A stretch of 63,420 nucleotides of DNA, filler included, from Reticulomyxa filosa (GCA_000512085.1; 31 parts of 31 records of this genome joined end to end with filler, not necessarily neighbours in it); one strand, 5' to 3'; positions 1-12,177 are shown, counted from the first letter of the whole stretch. The notes: generated from the sequence alone by a model not told the origin. A program made the numbers and translations.

Positions 1-1
1 T

Positions 2-1230
2 TCTTTTTTTTTTACTATTTTGTTTGTTTCACTGTCACTATCTTTTTCTTCTTCATCTTTCTCGCTATCTTCTTCATCTTCATCGCTATCTTCTTCTTCA
101 TCTTCCTCGCTATCTTCTTCTTCTTCATCTTCTTCGCTATCTTCTTCTTCTTCATCTTCTTCGCTATTTTCTTCCACTTTCAATTCAATTACTTTTTTCA
201 TTTCTTCTTCACTCAGCCATTTTCTCAATTCAGTTTTCATGTGTTTTGATTTGATTTTGTATTTGACATTACATCCTCCAATAATATGCACATACGTGTT
301 GTTTTCACTCAATATTGCAACACAATCTTTCAATCGACCGGGTAAAGTGTTTTGAAATGTCATCCATTTGTTTTCTCGAATTGAATACTTGTGCACTGAT
401 TTTGAAATACCATTACCATATCCACCAAAGAACAAGATGATATCATTGATACACACATATGCATATTTATGGAATGGTGCAATATCATCACAAATAGGTA
501 GCTGACGAAATTGAAAAGTGTTGTTATCTTCATCATATTCAATTGATAATCCTGTCTTCCAACAAAACAACAGCATTTGATAATTTTGTTGATTTTGTTG
601 ATTTGTTTTCATCATTTCTTGTCCTTCTAATTTTGATATAAAGCAATGATAAGATATTACATCATTAGTTGGTAAAGTGTCATGTTTAATAAACTGAAAT
701 GTATTTAGATCAAACACACTAATATTCTTTGGAAAATAAGTGATAAACAACAAATGATTGTTGATTCCACCAATCACAGCACGTACTCCTTTATAATTGT
801 GATTTTCATCTCTTCCAATGATAACTGGGTGATTGTGATTGTCTGTGAAAGGAACCCATTGATTGTAATTGTTTGGTTTGTTTAATTTATTTAATTCCTT
901 TGATTTATTCATATCATTACTCCAAACACTTACATATTTCATCACCAATGTATGATTATTTTTTCCACCAAAAGACAACAAAGTGATTTGATTTTTGTCT
1001 TGGTTGCTGTTATCTGCCAGTTTCACTACACAGTATCCACATAATTTAACATCACTTGGATACCCACAAATAAACTTGTATTCGTTTTTGAGTGTATGAT
1101 AAGAATAACAAGCTCTTTAAAGATAACCTCCACAAATGAGGAGTTCGTGTTTGTGTAGCACACATTGAGATTCTTTTAGTGGAGTGGGCAACTCTTTCAA
1201 AGTTTGAAAGGGTGTAGTTTGATTGCCCAT
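2..1230 (-). pseudogene. Kelch-type beta-propeller protein of a lineage-expanded family, with a premature stop; 3' end runs off the window
   Basis: ATG at 1230. Reads MGNQTTPFQTLKELPTPLKESQCVLHKHELLICGGYL*RACYSYH...LLSFGG...ILFFGG...KYSIRENKW...VHIIGG, with repeated Kelch GG motifs. In-frame TAA at 1119-1117 (codon 38). Acidic tail stays open to the window start. Confidence 0.8.
45..175 (-). repeat. Imperfect 21-27 bp minisatellite encoding an acidic (E/D/S) tail
   Basis: Repeated tcgctatcttcttcttcatct units; the minus strand reads EEDSEEDEEE... Confidence 0.75.
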
Positions 1231-1650
1231 GTTGTCAATGTTTAGGAAATTTTTTTAAGTTTAATTTTTTTAAAAAAAAGGGAATGTGATCTGACCCTTT
1301 TTGAGAAAACAAAAAAATATTTTACATTGATATTTTTTATTTGGTTAATGAAACAAAATAATTGCATATAATTTAATTGAAATGTGTGAAAGATTAAATT
1401 ATTGTGTCGAGAGTTCGGTGAAAAAGTAATAATATTGTTAAACATTATTTGTGACAGTCTTGTATCCTTGAAATAATCAAAGTATCAGAAACAAGGATGT
1501 TGTACCTTTTTTTTTGAATGCACTTGTTTCTTAAAAAATGACAGGTAAAAATCAATTATTAAGATTTTCAAAGATTTACACTTTGTGTAGCTTTAAATTA
1601 TATTCACATTTAGTTTTTGTTCATACGATAGGTTCTTACAAGGCAAAAAC

Positions 1651-1678
1651 TACAGTAGAATGCAAAGTAAAGTTGACA
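1651..1678. repeat. 28-bp dispersed repeat, possible Tc1/mariner/pogo terminal repeat (copy 1)
   Basis: TACAGTAGAATGCAAAGTAAAGTTGACA is identical to 49842-49869 on another contig and begins TA|CAGT. Confidence 0.5.
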
Positions 1679-1758
1679 TGTAACATTAATTGATGTGTCA
1701 ATGCAGATTTTTACAAAGAAATTCTATTTGATGAAATGCTCAGAAATCATTAATTGGT

Positions 1759-1858
1759 NNNNNNNNNNNNNNNNNNNNNNNNNNNNNNNNNNNNNNNNNN
1801 NNTTAATTAATTAANNNNNNNNNNNNNNNNNNNNNNNNNNNNNNNNNNNNNNNNNNNN
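1759..1858. other. Artificial contig linker (first of 30)
   Basis: N44-TTAATTAATTAA-N44, giving stops in all six frames. Linkers start at 1759, 3954, 5756, 7692, 8792, 9892, 11785, 13964, 19715, 22976, 24076, 26905, 28776, 29929, 32577, 33969, 35469, 36599, 39011, 40755, 42690, 43833, 45523, 47750, 51203, 52478, 53694, 56530, 59011, 60759. Confidence 0.99.
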
Positions 1859-3322
1859 CGCGCAAAAGCAATTGAACGACAAGGGGAGCATTGCAACTCC
1901 AAAAGAAGCAAGTTTGGACAAGCCAAACGAGGAAAAAGAGTAACACAAAACAGTGTCTGGAGAATACAATGGCTTTTGCATTTGGTTGGAATAACAATAA
2001 CAATGATAATGACAATGACAATGGAAATGAATGTCCAAATAAACCAAAACCAAAAAAAAAAAAGAAAAGAGTGCAATAGAAATCCCGGCCATGAAACTGT
2101 CCTTGCGATTCCGGAAAAGTTTTCTTACTTGGAGCTGACGTTGATGATATGTCAATCGAGAAATCACTTTTACGTGCAGTTTCAACATTTGAAGCAGTGC
2201 ATTGAGCAAATGTGCAAGCATACTTTCACGCCATGCGATTGTATTTGGTTCCTCACTTCTATGACGTATCGTGGAAATCCATTTGGATTCGAAGTTTTTT
2301 TTTTTTTTTTTTTTGTAATTTGTTCAATTGCAAAAGTATTTGATCACTTGACGAATGACTTGATCACGACGTGAAATAATAAATAACAAGGCTCAAACAA
2401 AAAAGAAACAAAACTGATCGTTAGTGCAAAAAGCGACGATGACACGGAAGCACAAGTAGACATCCAACAAATGGTTGGTTGACAATAATTTGATGATATT
2501 CGATCCTTTTGAACGCCAGGAATGGCACAGTGAATTTGAAGTCGATTAAACTGCTGTCATTCCTTTCGGCGATTTACCAGAAAAACCTGTGAATAAACTA
2601 TGTTTACATGAGTCAGCAAACATTCAGGAACGCTTATTGTACCAGCAACAAAACAAGCAACAGCTAATTTCTCAATTGATTGAAGTTATTTGATTCATTG
2701 TTGTTTTTTTTTTCCTTCTCTAATTTCACTTTGTCAAAAAAAAAAAAAACAATATGATAACAATAAAATATCGGGTATAAATGTTAGAAAGAGAAAGCCA
2801 AGAAACAAATGAAAAGCACTGCAATTCCAGAAAAGCGCAACCAAGCTGGTGTAGCGATTCCCTTGAGATACATACCGAGCGATAATCAAAAAGCATTGGA
2901 CCAAGTCGACTCGCAAATCTGTACAAAAGTTAACCCCAAAAGACGCTATACCCAAAGAATTGGAACATTTAAATGAAGACTTTTTAGACCGAATCAAAGC
3001 GAGATCCAAAGCAAACATATTGATGAAAAGACATGCAATGCAGTCTATGGGCGCCTCTGCCGCCTTTGCCAAAAGTGCTCATTTATTTTATAAAATCAGT
3101 GGAATACAAGAAGAAAAACATTTGGACATTGCTCTATTGCATCGCATGGATGTCTGGTTATCACCTTGCTGGAGACGAGAAGATATACTTTTGGTTTCGC
3201 AATCAATTGCCAAAGAAACTGTTCGAGGAACAGGTACCATATTTTGTGGTTGGATCCAGTTTGAGAGTTCCTTCTTTGCTTTCTTCTTATTTGATCGAAG
3301 ACTTGAAGGTGGACAAAGATAA
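1859..3322 (+). pseudogene. CDT1: CDT1-like replication licensing factor, disrupted
   Basis: Collinear pieces LAIPEKFSYLE..RNHFYVQFQHLKQCIEQMCKHTF (~2100-2230), FDPFERQEWHSEFEVD*TAVIPFGDLPEKP (~2500-2590) and LEHLNEDFLDRIKAR (~2960-3005) resemble CDT1 segments (LPxKY..., WHPxF.VD.VP.I....LP.PP, LLERIRAKE). Stops and frameshifts are present. Confidence 0.5.
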
Positions 3323-5479
3323 CATGGACACAAAGAAATTTGCTAAATCGTCAAATACTTTGAAGGAATCATCCAAATCATCTCATATGTATGATTGGGC
3401 TGGGGGTGGCTATAGTACCATCTATTCCCCTTACACTGGACAAGAAAAAGAAGAAAAAGTTTACATTTTAGCTCGTCATTGACCATTTATGATGACGAGA
3501 TTATCTATTCTGATATTCCCATTTGTAAAAAATAAATGTACCGACTCGGCTAACAACAATAAAAAATGCTTTTTTTTCTTTTGTCGCAGTTTTTTGATAG
3601 CAGTCTCAATATATTTTTCGTAATTTTTTTGTGTCTTTTGGACAAAAGCATTCACAAAAATGAAAAAATATGCAATTGTATCTATTCTCGAGAAAACTTT
3701 CCTATTATTCATTTTGAGTTTAGGAAATATTATTTATTTAAAAGGCAATTTTATTTGTCATTTCACATCGTAAAATATTATTGTAAAACTTTAGTATCAC
3801 CATGGCTACATGTGCCAAAAAGCACTTTTCAAAAATTTTTGTTCGTACAGCCTTTTAGGGAAATACATAAATTTGAATCTTCATAGAATAGACTGATTAG
3901 AAACATGTATCTAGTAGTTGAATCTGGATTGTTGCAAGCATTTCCATATATCTNNNNNNNNNNNNNNNNNNNNNNNNNNNNNNNNNNNNNNNNNNNNTTA
4001 ATTAATTAANNNNNNNNNNNNNNNNNNNNNNNNNNNNNNNNNNNNNNNNNNNNAACGCTAGAAGTTGTTGTAGACGTGTTTTTTCAATATTGCGAAGTTT
4101 GTGCTTTATTTGAGACAATATCAAAAACACTTCTTGAATGACAAGCATGTCGTTGGAAATATGTTTATGCCATCCACAAAATTAGTTTGTTTGAAAGCAA
4201 TGGATACATTACTTCTTTTAGAAATTGTATGAAGAATTTAGATTTTTGCACTGCGTCATTCTTATTTGAGGAGGTAGAAACTTAAAATAATCTATGCTCA
4301 TACCTAAACATGAATTGTTTGGCATAAGGACATGACACAATTTGTAGTACAAGTCCCTATTCTAAAGGCTTGAACTCGGGAGGACCCGAGGAACCCCCAG
4401 TGGGTTAAACTTCCTTTACAACCTTTTTCACTTTGCTTTGTTTTGTTTTCCTCTTTTTCGTGTCATTTCTCTTTAATTTGTTTTAATTTACTTGTTTGTT
4501 GACAATCAGGCTCTTTGAGCAAAAAAGCCCTTTCGTATTACATTTAGTGCGAACTCTTTTCTGGCTGACGTCTCACAAATTGTACGACAGTTTGATGTAA
4601 TATCAATATAAAACGCACAATCAGAAGTTTCTACCTTTGTGTTGCATTTCCTAATTTCAGAAGTATAAATGATGTAAAATCTAGATCATTCTTTTGTTTT
4701 CGGTAGACAAAGCCAAATTCTTTGTTTAAAAGCCTATTTTCACTATTTCAAAAGAGAGCAAAATGTAATGTTTGTAACGTTTCAAAGATAGTGTTTTGAA
4801 ATTGTGTACTTCCAGAGGAAAGGAAAAAGCACTAAAATTTCATTAAAAGATGTTTGCATAAAAGGCTAAAATAACAAGTGCACTTTCATCTTCATTTCGC
4901 ATTGTCTTGTGTTGAGATTGTAATGTGAATATTTTAGTGGAATACACTTGCATTTTAAAAAATGGATAACGACCCTTTGACAAAAAAAGTTGTTAGTTTT
5001 TCGTTGAATTTGGGGAAACGAGAGGTTCTTCGAACTGTAATCATTTAAGGAGTAGAAGCGCCCTTCTCGTCGTTACCATTTTTCACTGCTGTGGAGTTTC
5101 CCAACAGTGCCTTGTCCTTGTTTGTTGACATGGGGAAACACTCTTCAACGTACTGTGTGTAGTGGGTCTCCAGTATCCCAAATTATCCTTTTAAAAAAGT
5201 CAAATTGAAAAGTATTTTACAGTTCATTTGAAACTTTCGAATTGGCAAAAAGTCATTATCGGTGCATGACTACAGACGAACATTGCACATGTCCACATGC
5301 AGAGGGTAATCCGGAAAATTTTTTAAAAACGGGTTGTTGAGCATTACTAGATTCATAAACAACCCCTGGAAATAACAAAGCTTTATACGTAACCTCTTAA
5401 CTTGTATCATTTCAGAAAACATCATTGACAGTTGTAGCATCAAAAAAAAAGAAACATTTTTTATCAACAATTGCCGTAT

Positions 5480-5755
5480 TTGTGCATGTTTATTTGTCAA
5501 TTTTTTTTCATTCTAATTCAAATTGTTTACAAATTTCTTCTTTTGATCTGAATGATCTATTTTTGAATATTTTTATTTTCAATATCCGCAACATATTTTA
5601 GAGTTAGTTCAGGTCTGGAGAATTTAGAGTAAAATTCAACACTTTGATAGCATTTTGTTCAACTACTCTTTTGCTGTAATTGCTGTGTGGCTGGTGGCAT
5701 GATCTTGATGAAATATACAATTTTCATATCTTCCAAACACAAATGAATGCTTTTT
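5480..5755 (-). mobile_element. Degenerate Tc1-family (DD34E) transposase C-terminus
   Basis: The minus strand reads CIFHQDHATSHTAITAKE*(fs)EQNAIKVLNFTLNSPDLN*L*NMLRILKIKIFKNRSFRSKEEI. This matches FQQDNAxxH...SPDLNPIENxW, with 34 residues between D and the mutated E position. Confidence 0.75.
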
Positions 5756-5855
5756 NNNNNNNNNNNNNNNNNNNNNNNNNNNNNNNNNNNNNNNNNNNNT
5801 TAATTAATTAANNNNNNNNNNNNNNNNNNNNNNNNNNNNNNNNNNNNNNNNNNNN

Positions 5856-6191
5856 AAAAAATGTATACGTTGCTCTTAAAAAAAAAATATAAGTGTATAA
5901 TTTTTTATTTTTTTTGGTGGTAACTTGCAATGTTACTGACATGTTGCCAATGGAAATTTCCTTGTCTAAAAACTCTGCTCCTTGAGTTGGTTTGTATTGT
6001 CGAGTAACCTTCTTGTTTACGTATTTTTGGAAAAGAGCCGTTTTGCCCACACTTTCATCCACAAACAAAAGAAATACGTAAAATAAACAGTGCAAAATAT
6101 GTTTCTTCTTTTGTGAAAAAAAGAAAAAGACTTGCCAAGCATCTCCCAAAATAGTTATCTTTAGCAGGACTTTCTTGGTTTCTTGAGCCAT
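5856..6191 (-). CDS. Rab7-like small GTPase, N-terminal exons (3' partial)
   Basis: KKVLLKITILGDA[C]VGKT...YKPTQGAEFLDKEI...VTLQ. Exons 6191-6136 and 6051-5925. The 84-nt intron 6135-6052 has a GC donor (GCAAGT) and AG acceptor. Confidence 0.8.
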
Positions 6192-6981
6192 TTTGGCTTA
6201 CTTTGATTATTGTGATACCTGGCTTATAAAAAATGACGTTTCAATTTTAAAAAAAAACTCACCGTAACGTTAAGTGTGTTTCTAATATTCTTCATATTTG
6301 AAATAAATTTGAAATTGGAAGTGAGCATAAAAAAATTAGTGAGAGAAAATTTCAACTGAAGAAATAGTTTAATGTGAAGTAGCTATAATAAGTACGTTTG
6401 CAACTACATTATGCCAAATTATTCATTCTAGTTTTTGGCTTTCAACAACAAAAAAAAAACAGAAACAATGACTTGAAATTGCTCAATAGATTGCGATATT
6501 CATACCAAATTAAGCTGAATTGGCGCAAATGTGTCAAAGTTACGACAAATACAAAATCACAAGACAAAAACTTGAACAATTAAAAACACTCAATTCGGTC
6601 GTATAATGACACTTTTAAGCTCGTCAAACGTACAACGTTACATAAAAAAATAGAGTTGAAGATATCGCAAGCGTGAAATTAGTGAGCATTATACATAAAC
6701 TAAAAGGATTCCATATTGTCAATGACTCAACTTTTGGGAAAAAAAACAAAAAGTTCTAAGTTAAAAAAGAACAAAATAAATTTTTGACTACTTAGACCAA
6801 GGAGTCTAATTTAAATTTGGATGATCTAATTGGCATTAATCAAATGAATAATTTAATTTGTAAATAAAAAGTAAAACAAAGAAAAAAGAAATGGAATTGC
6901 ATTAAAATTCATTTCTTTTTGAACGACAGAATCATTTTGATGACAAGGTATTCAATAAAAAAAAAAACAACAATTCAAGTC

Positions 6982-7648
6982 ATGTCTGTCTCACAAATGA
7001 TGATTCCCCCTCCACCTCCACTGCCCCTTTTACTGTCACTTGTGCCACCACCACCTCAAGAAGCGCCTCCAATTGTATTAACACCACCGCCTCCTCAGCC
7101 GTCTTACAAATCGAAAAAACGGTATTCCGAGCAATTTCAAGGAGGAGCAGGAATAGGAGTAGAAGTAGGAGTAGCGAGCAAAACAGTCATGACAACAGCA
7201 GGCAAGCAGTCATATTTTGACAAAGCAGCATTGTTGACATGTAAGAAATGCGGTAGTAGTTTCGATCACTTAACGTGTTTCAAAAGGCATCGTCAGCAAA
7301 CTCGTCCCTGTCGCTACGTGAAGGCGGAGGAGTACATGAGCTATTTACAGCAAACCAACGGCTATTACAAAGATAGTCGAACATTTTTGTGCAATTTTTG
7401 GGTGCAAGCAACACAGCATAGTGATTCGACAGCGCCGTCGCAAGCCGCAGTGCAAGCGCAAGGAGCAGAAGAACAAGGAGCGTCGTTGCCAAAAAAAAAT
7501 CATGTCCCTCCCGCTTGGACACTTGCAAAGGAGAAATATGATGACAATGAATTGGAATATTTGCTGGAAAATATCGCACAACGCGTCATGATCCGTGGCG
7601 AGTTTTTCTATTCGTTTGAACACGATAGATACCATGCCATTGGCCATC

Positions 7649-7691
<43 letters not shown>
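6982..7691 (+). CDS. Proline-rich protein with one C2H2/C2HC-type zinc finger and a poly-Asp tract (3' partial)
   Basis: PPPPPLP...; CKKCGSSFDHLTCFKRHRQQTRPC; ends in (GAT)n at the contig edge. Confidence 0.55.
7651..7691 (+). repeat. (GAT)n microsatellite
   Basis: Pure GAT run up to the contig end. Confidence 0.95.
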
Positions 7692-7839
7692 NNNNNNNNN
7701 NNNNNNNNNNNNNNNNNNNNNNNNNNNNNNNNNNNTTAATTAATTAANNNNNNNNNNNNNNNNNNNNNNNNNNNNNNNNNNNNNNNNNNNNTTTTTTTTT
7801 TTTTTGAAGATAAAGATAAATAAAAGTATTTTTGGGTTG

Positions 7840-8791
7840 TTTCTTCATTTTGTAACATTTGCTCTTCTTTGCAATGATGCGAGTTTCTTCGACCATTTGT
7901 TGATGATTTTGATGCATGGTTGCTCGGATATCGATCATTCTGTTACGGAAAAAAGATTCCTTGATATGGATTTGCTCTTGCAACACAGCGTAATGCTCCC
8001 ACGTGATACGGTTTTCCAATAGCAGCATGTTAGCATTAGTTTGGAGACACTTTAACCAAAATTGGATGAGCTGGATTTGGAATACCTCGTTCATCATCGT
8101 GCCGGTGACTGGGACATTGAGTTTTAGCTTGTCTGCGGCATGGCTCGTCTTTTTCACCACCATGTCATACGTGGCAACCTTCATTTCCATCAAAGGAAGA
8201 TTCGCAATTTCCCCTGTCAGACTACTGGCCTCTTCTTTGAAGATTTCCTGTTCAAACTGGAAAAACCCATTTTGCATTTGATCGCACCACGCTTTAATAA
8301 TATTGGAACTGGCTGCACGGTATTGTGGCATTCCCTCGACGCTCATCATCGTGGTCAACACGCCGGCTTCTTTCACCAAATCGTTTAACGTGGGCTCAAA
8401 CAAGAAATCGTGCAAGCGAGTGAACAGCGAATGTGCATGTTCCATCATGCCGAGACACTCTTTGTTCATCTTCGTATACCATTTCTTTGGATGTTGCAAC
8501 ACGACAATGAGACACTCGATCCATCTCCATGGAACAGCGAGCAACAAGCAAAATAAAATGAAATGGAAAACATCTAAACACCATTTGACAAACTCTGTTC
8601 CGACCAAAATGTAAAATGAGTCGACCACTCCTTTGTGTTGCGTCCCTCGAATCATGTTGATCTGTTGAATATCGACATTGAAATGGGCATTGGTTAAATG
8701 CAGAATTCCACCAGCATTGGATGCGCAGGCAACCAAATCTCGCATTGGCAAAATCAATACAAGTAATACACCAGCTTCATTGTGTTCGACT
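7840..8791 (-). CDS. Internal exon of a hypothetical protein with a hydrophobic segment
   Basis: About 310-codon open frame spanning the contig, with hydrophobic stretch LDVFHFILFCLLLAVPWRW. No family recognised. Confidence 0.5.
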
Positions 8792-9444
8792 NNNNNNNNN
8801 NNNNNNNNNNNNNNNNNNNNNNNNNNNNNNNNNNNTTAATTAATTAANNNNNNNNNNNNNNNNNNNNNNNNNNNNNNNNNNNNNNNNNNNNTTTGGAGGT
8901 TCCCCAAATTTCTCAATGTACGCGTTAAAGACCTCCATTTGCCTATAACAACCCACAAAGAGTAAAATACATTATTATTATTGTTTTTTAACATTTTCTT
9001 TACATACCCTTGCTTGGAGTATTAGGTATTTCCCGTAAAATAAAAAAAAAGAAATATTGAGTTTTTTCAGTGCGCCTTGCAGTACATTGTGTTTTCCTTT
9101 TTTTTGCTGAAGCTTCCTGCAGAGTTTTACCTGTTATTCAATTGACGTGTGTAAACTGTGGTTGATACAGTTTGATGAATTATACTCGTAGAGTACTCCA
9201 TATTTTTAGTTTTTCTCATTCTGTTAACCGTCGCATTCAATCCTTTCATCACAAGATCTTGACACGAAAGTTTACAACATCTAATCGAAGCTGTGTCAAA
9301 ATGAAAAAGCAACCCATCCTTTTACATATACTTTTCTTTTGTGTCACTTTAAATGGCTCCAGACTCTTTGGGGTTTACTTGATTATATCTGTTGGCAATG
9401 CCACGAGTTTTCTGTATTATAGTGCTTCTCTCATAAAACATAAA

Positions 9445-9891
9445 ATGCAGAAATGTTCGAAACGTGAAATGGTCTTACCAACAAAAACGTGGCAAAGAGA
9501 AAGCATCGCTAACTTGTCGTTGCAAGTCCAACGTGTTTGTGTTTTTTTTGCAAACAGAAGGTCCAATTGTTTCAGTTTTCTAGATGTTACCACGCACTTT
9601 TTCTGGTCATGACGGTAACACATCGAGCGCAGTTGACAAAAATAGAAAGCAGCATGTGATTAAAGTGCATTACGGTGATATAGTGCGGCTTAGCAACAGA
9701 TGGTTGGGTGAAGTGGTGTACATAGGGCCATTAAACGGGCGAGAGGGCGACTGGTACGGAATAAATCTGTGGCATCCATATGGAAAGCATAATGGGAGAT
9801 ATAAGAGGCGCACGTATTTTCTGGCGAAAGTCCATCACGGAGTATTTGTGAAGATGAAGCAAATCGAGGAAGTGGTGGCAAAGACGACGTT
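9445..9891 (+). CDS. CAP-Gly domain protein (3' partial)
   Basis: GDIVRL...GEVVYIGPL...DWYGINL..PYGKHNG..KRRTYF....HGVFVK. Probable GT-AG intron at 9526-9583. Confidence 0.8.
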
Positions 9892-9991
9892 NNNNNNNNN
9901 NNNNNNNNNNNNNNNNNNNNNNNNNNNNNNNNNNNTTAATTAATTAANNNNNNNNNNNNNNNNNNNNNNNNNNNNNNNNNNNNNNNNNNNN

Positions 9992-10381
9992 GCATTTAAT
10001 TGTCATGAAATGGAGTCATTTAAAGATTTTCCTAAAATATTCATTGTTGATGCTTGTCGTGGTCAAAATATTCCAAAAGCACACGAAATTGTACTCGGTA
10101 GAAATCCAAATAAAAATATGCCAATATATGGACATAATGATGATGGATTTTTGACTGTTTGGTCGACAACAAAAGGATTTCAAGTTGGTGATTTGTCATT
10201 GTTAAGTAAAAGTATGAAAGATATTATTATATCCAAATATAAACTTGGTTATCCTTTCAAGCAAATGCTACAAGATGTTCGAAATGACATTCGCAAGAAT
10301 AAAAGTGGTGAATGGTATTGTGTGGAAAGTCAAGATACAACTGATTATGACATCATTTTTACTTCAAGAAAAATGCTTTAA
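9992..10381 (+). CDS. Caspase-like (peptidase C14) protease, C-terminal part (5' partial)
   Basis: FKDFPKIFIVDACRG matches the caspase PKxFxxQACRG catalytic-Cys strand. It is followed by a small-subunit-like segment DGFLTVWSTTKG. Stop TAA at 10379-10381. Confidence 0.8.
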   Translation, partial: AFNCHEMESFKDFPKIFIVDACRGQNIPKAHEIVLGRNPNKNMPIYGHNDDGFLTVWSTTKGFQVGDLSLLSKSMKDIIISKYKLGYPFKQMLQDVRNDIRKNKSGEWYCVESQDTTDYDIIFTSRKML

Positions 10382-11310
10382 TATGTTTTTTTAAAAAAGG
10401 ACATGTGTTGTACAGTACTATTAGTTTGTTTGCGATAAATTTTGTAATTACATTCCATTATTTGCAGTCACTGGAAAAATATTTTGATAAACGATAAATT
10501 TTTCAAACTTACAAGCAAACATAATTGTATTATTGTTAAAATGAATTCTTTATGTTATGTCGTTTCAATTACAATCACAAAAAAGATATCATCATTGAAT
10601 CCCAGTGATGTTTTATTTGGATTTCCAACTTGTAATGCTTGGAATATTTGTGATATTGGAAAATCTTCCATAATATATGTTTTAAATAAATAAATATTTA
10701 CAAATGTTATTTGAAAGGAAAACAAATATACAAAGGAACATAATACAATCAACAATGATTTTATCAAAATCATGAATCCATCCCAATTTAATTTTAGATA
10801 TTTGGATTCATGATAATCAATGTAAAATAGTTCAAGTTTTTTTTCAAAAATATTTGACAGAGATAATAAAGAAAATTGTTGGTTTAAGACACATCCATTA
10901 TGTTTTTTTCAAGTAATCAAAGTGACACAAAGTATGCATTACATTACAGTATACCTTACTTTGTTAAATAACTGATAAACTTAATTATTTTTGTTTCTTT
11001 TTTTGCATGTTTTTGTTTTTACATTTATAATTTAAGAATTTAAGCAAGTTACATAAACAAAATACGAATAACTATCAAAGATTATAGAAACCATAGATAT
11101 GGTTCAATTTTATTTTTTTAACGACCCCTTGATTGAGTTTAGAAAAAGTTCAACTTTTTTTTTATTCATCTAAGACAAACCAAAAAAAAATGACAAGTGT
11201 TCTCAATAAAAAACAAACGTCGACACAGCGAGTCTTGGTATGTCTCCTTTTTCAAGTTTTCAGAAAGCTCATTGTTTTCAACGTTACTGTTCTTTGTTGT
11301 ATATGATAAT

Positions 11311-11784
11311 CAGTCAGAAGAAAAGCAAATTCAATTAATTATCCAAAATTGGATCAGAATATTCAAAATAAATCAGGGTGGATCCATCATTTTAACAAAA
11401 TTGTTGTCAATTATGTTATGGTTTTGTGTACTTCTTTTTTTTTTGATAAAATTGAAATCAAGATATTCAATATTTACACTAATGTATAATATGTAACAGA
11501 TTAATACCTTCATAATACTTGACATATTTCTTTCATCATCCAAACTAATTAATACATTCACTGGACATACTGATGTTGTGCGGAGTATTGATTATTCAAT
11601 ATTTGATGATGGACAATTCATCTGTTCTGGATCAGATGATAAAACAGTTCGTGTTTGTGATGTTCAGAACAAACAAATTCAATCATTCAATGGACATTCA
11701 GATTCTGTGAATTGTGTGAAATTTTCAAAATATCATTATCATAATCATCGTCAACATGTCATTTGTTCTTCATCAAAAGACAAT
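11311..11784 (+). pseudogene. WD40-repeat protein of the expanded family, frameshifted in exon 1 (3' partial)
   Basis: IQLIIQNWIRIFKI(fs)GWIHHFNKIVVNY, an intron, then KLINTFTGHTDVVRSIDYS...ICSGSDDKTVRVCDV...FNGH. Confidence 0.8.
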
Positions 11785-12166
11785 NNNNNNNNNNNNNNNN
11801 NNNNNNNNNNNNNNNNNNNNNNNNNNNNTTAATTAATTAANNNNNNNNNNNNNNNNNNNNNNNNNNNNNNNNNNNNNNNNNNNNTTCGCCGAAATCACCA
11901 CCGGAGCGATCGCGGCTGCTCCGGCTATAGTGAATTTCTGTGCAACGAAAGCGCTTGCTGCGGCAGTCGGACGGGCTGGATCATCCAGAAGCGATTTCTC
12001 GCTAGACTGCCTTAGCCCTATGTCGTTGGTTCGCGCGCTGTCGCACCTCCGCGTTGGGCAAATATGGACAACTGGAAAGGCGGGCTGCAAAGTTGCAGAA
12101 GTCGATGCTTACTAGCGTATGGAGCGCTGATAGTCGGTGCCACGCCATAGGAAGCACGGAGTAAGT

Positions 12167-12172
12167 GGGGAG
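12167..12172 (+). promoter_or_regulatory. Shine-Dalgarno sequence of the bacterial GmrSD-like gene
   Basis: GGGGAG lies 5 nt upstream of the GTG at 12178. Confidence 0.6.
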
Positions 12173-12177
12173 TTGGT

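Noticed and set aside
20-355. Ser-rich and Leu/His-rich plus-strand ORFs
   Set aside because: They are the antisense of the acidic repeat in the Kelch gene.
1117-1119. TAA/TAG=Gln (ciliate-type) code in the host, suggested by stops at likely Gln positions here and at ~21625
   Set aside because: TAA cleanly terminates caspase, AlkB and RING genes, long ORFs contain no in-frame TAR, and the NACHT-HEAT copy also has frameshifts. Ordinary CAA>TAA decay explains it.
1803-1814. Regularly recurring TTAATTAATTAA as a biological repeat or CRISPR-like array
   Set aside because: It is always centred in exactly 44+44 Ns, so it is an artificial six-frame-stop linker. ORFs ending in XXX/LIN are artefacts of it.
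5010-5190. GC-richer segment with possible stems as a structured ncRNA
   Set aside because: No snRNA, SRP or RNase P/MRP motif was recognised, and the minus strand reads like a decayed terminal exon.
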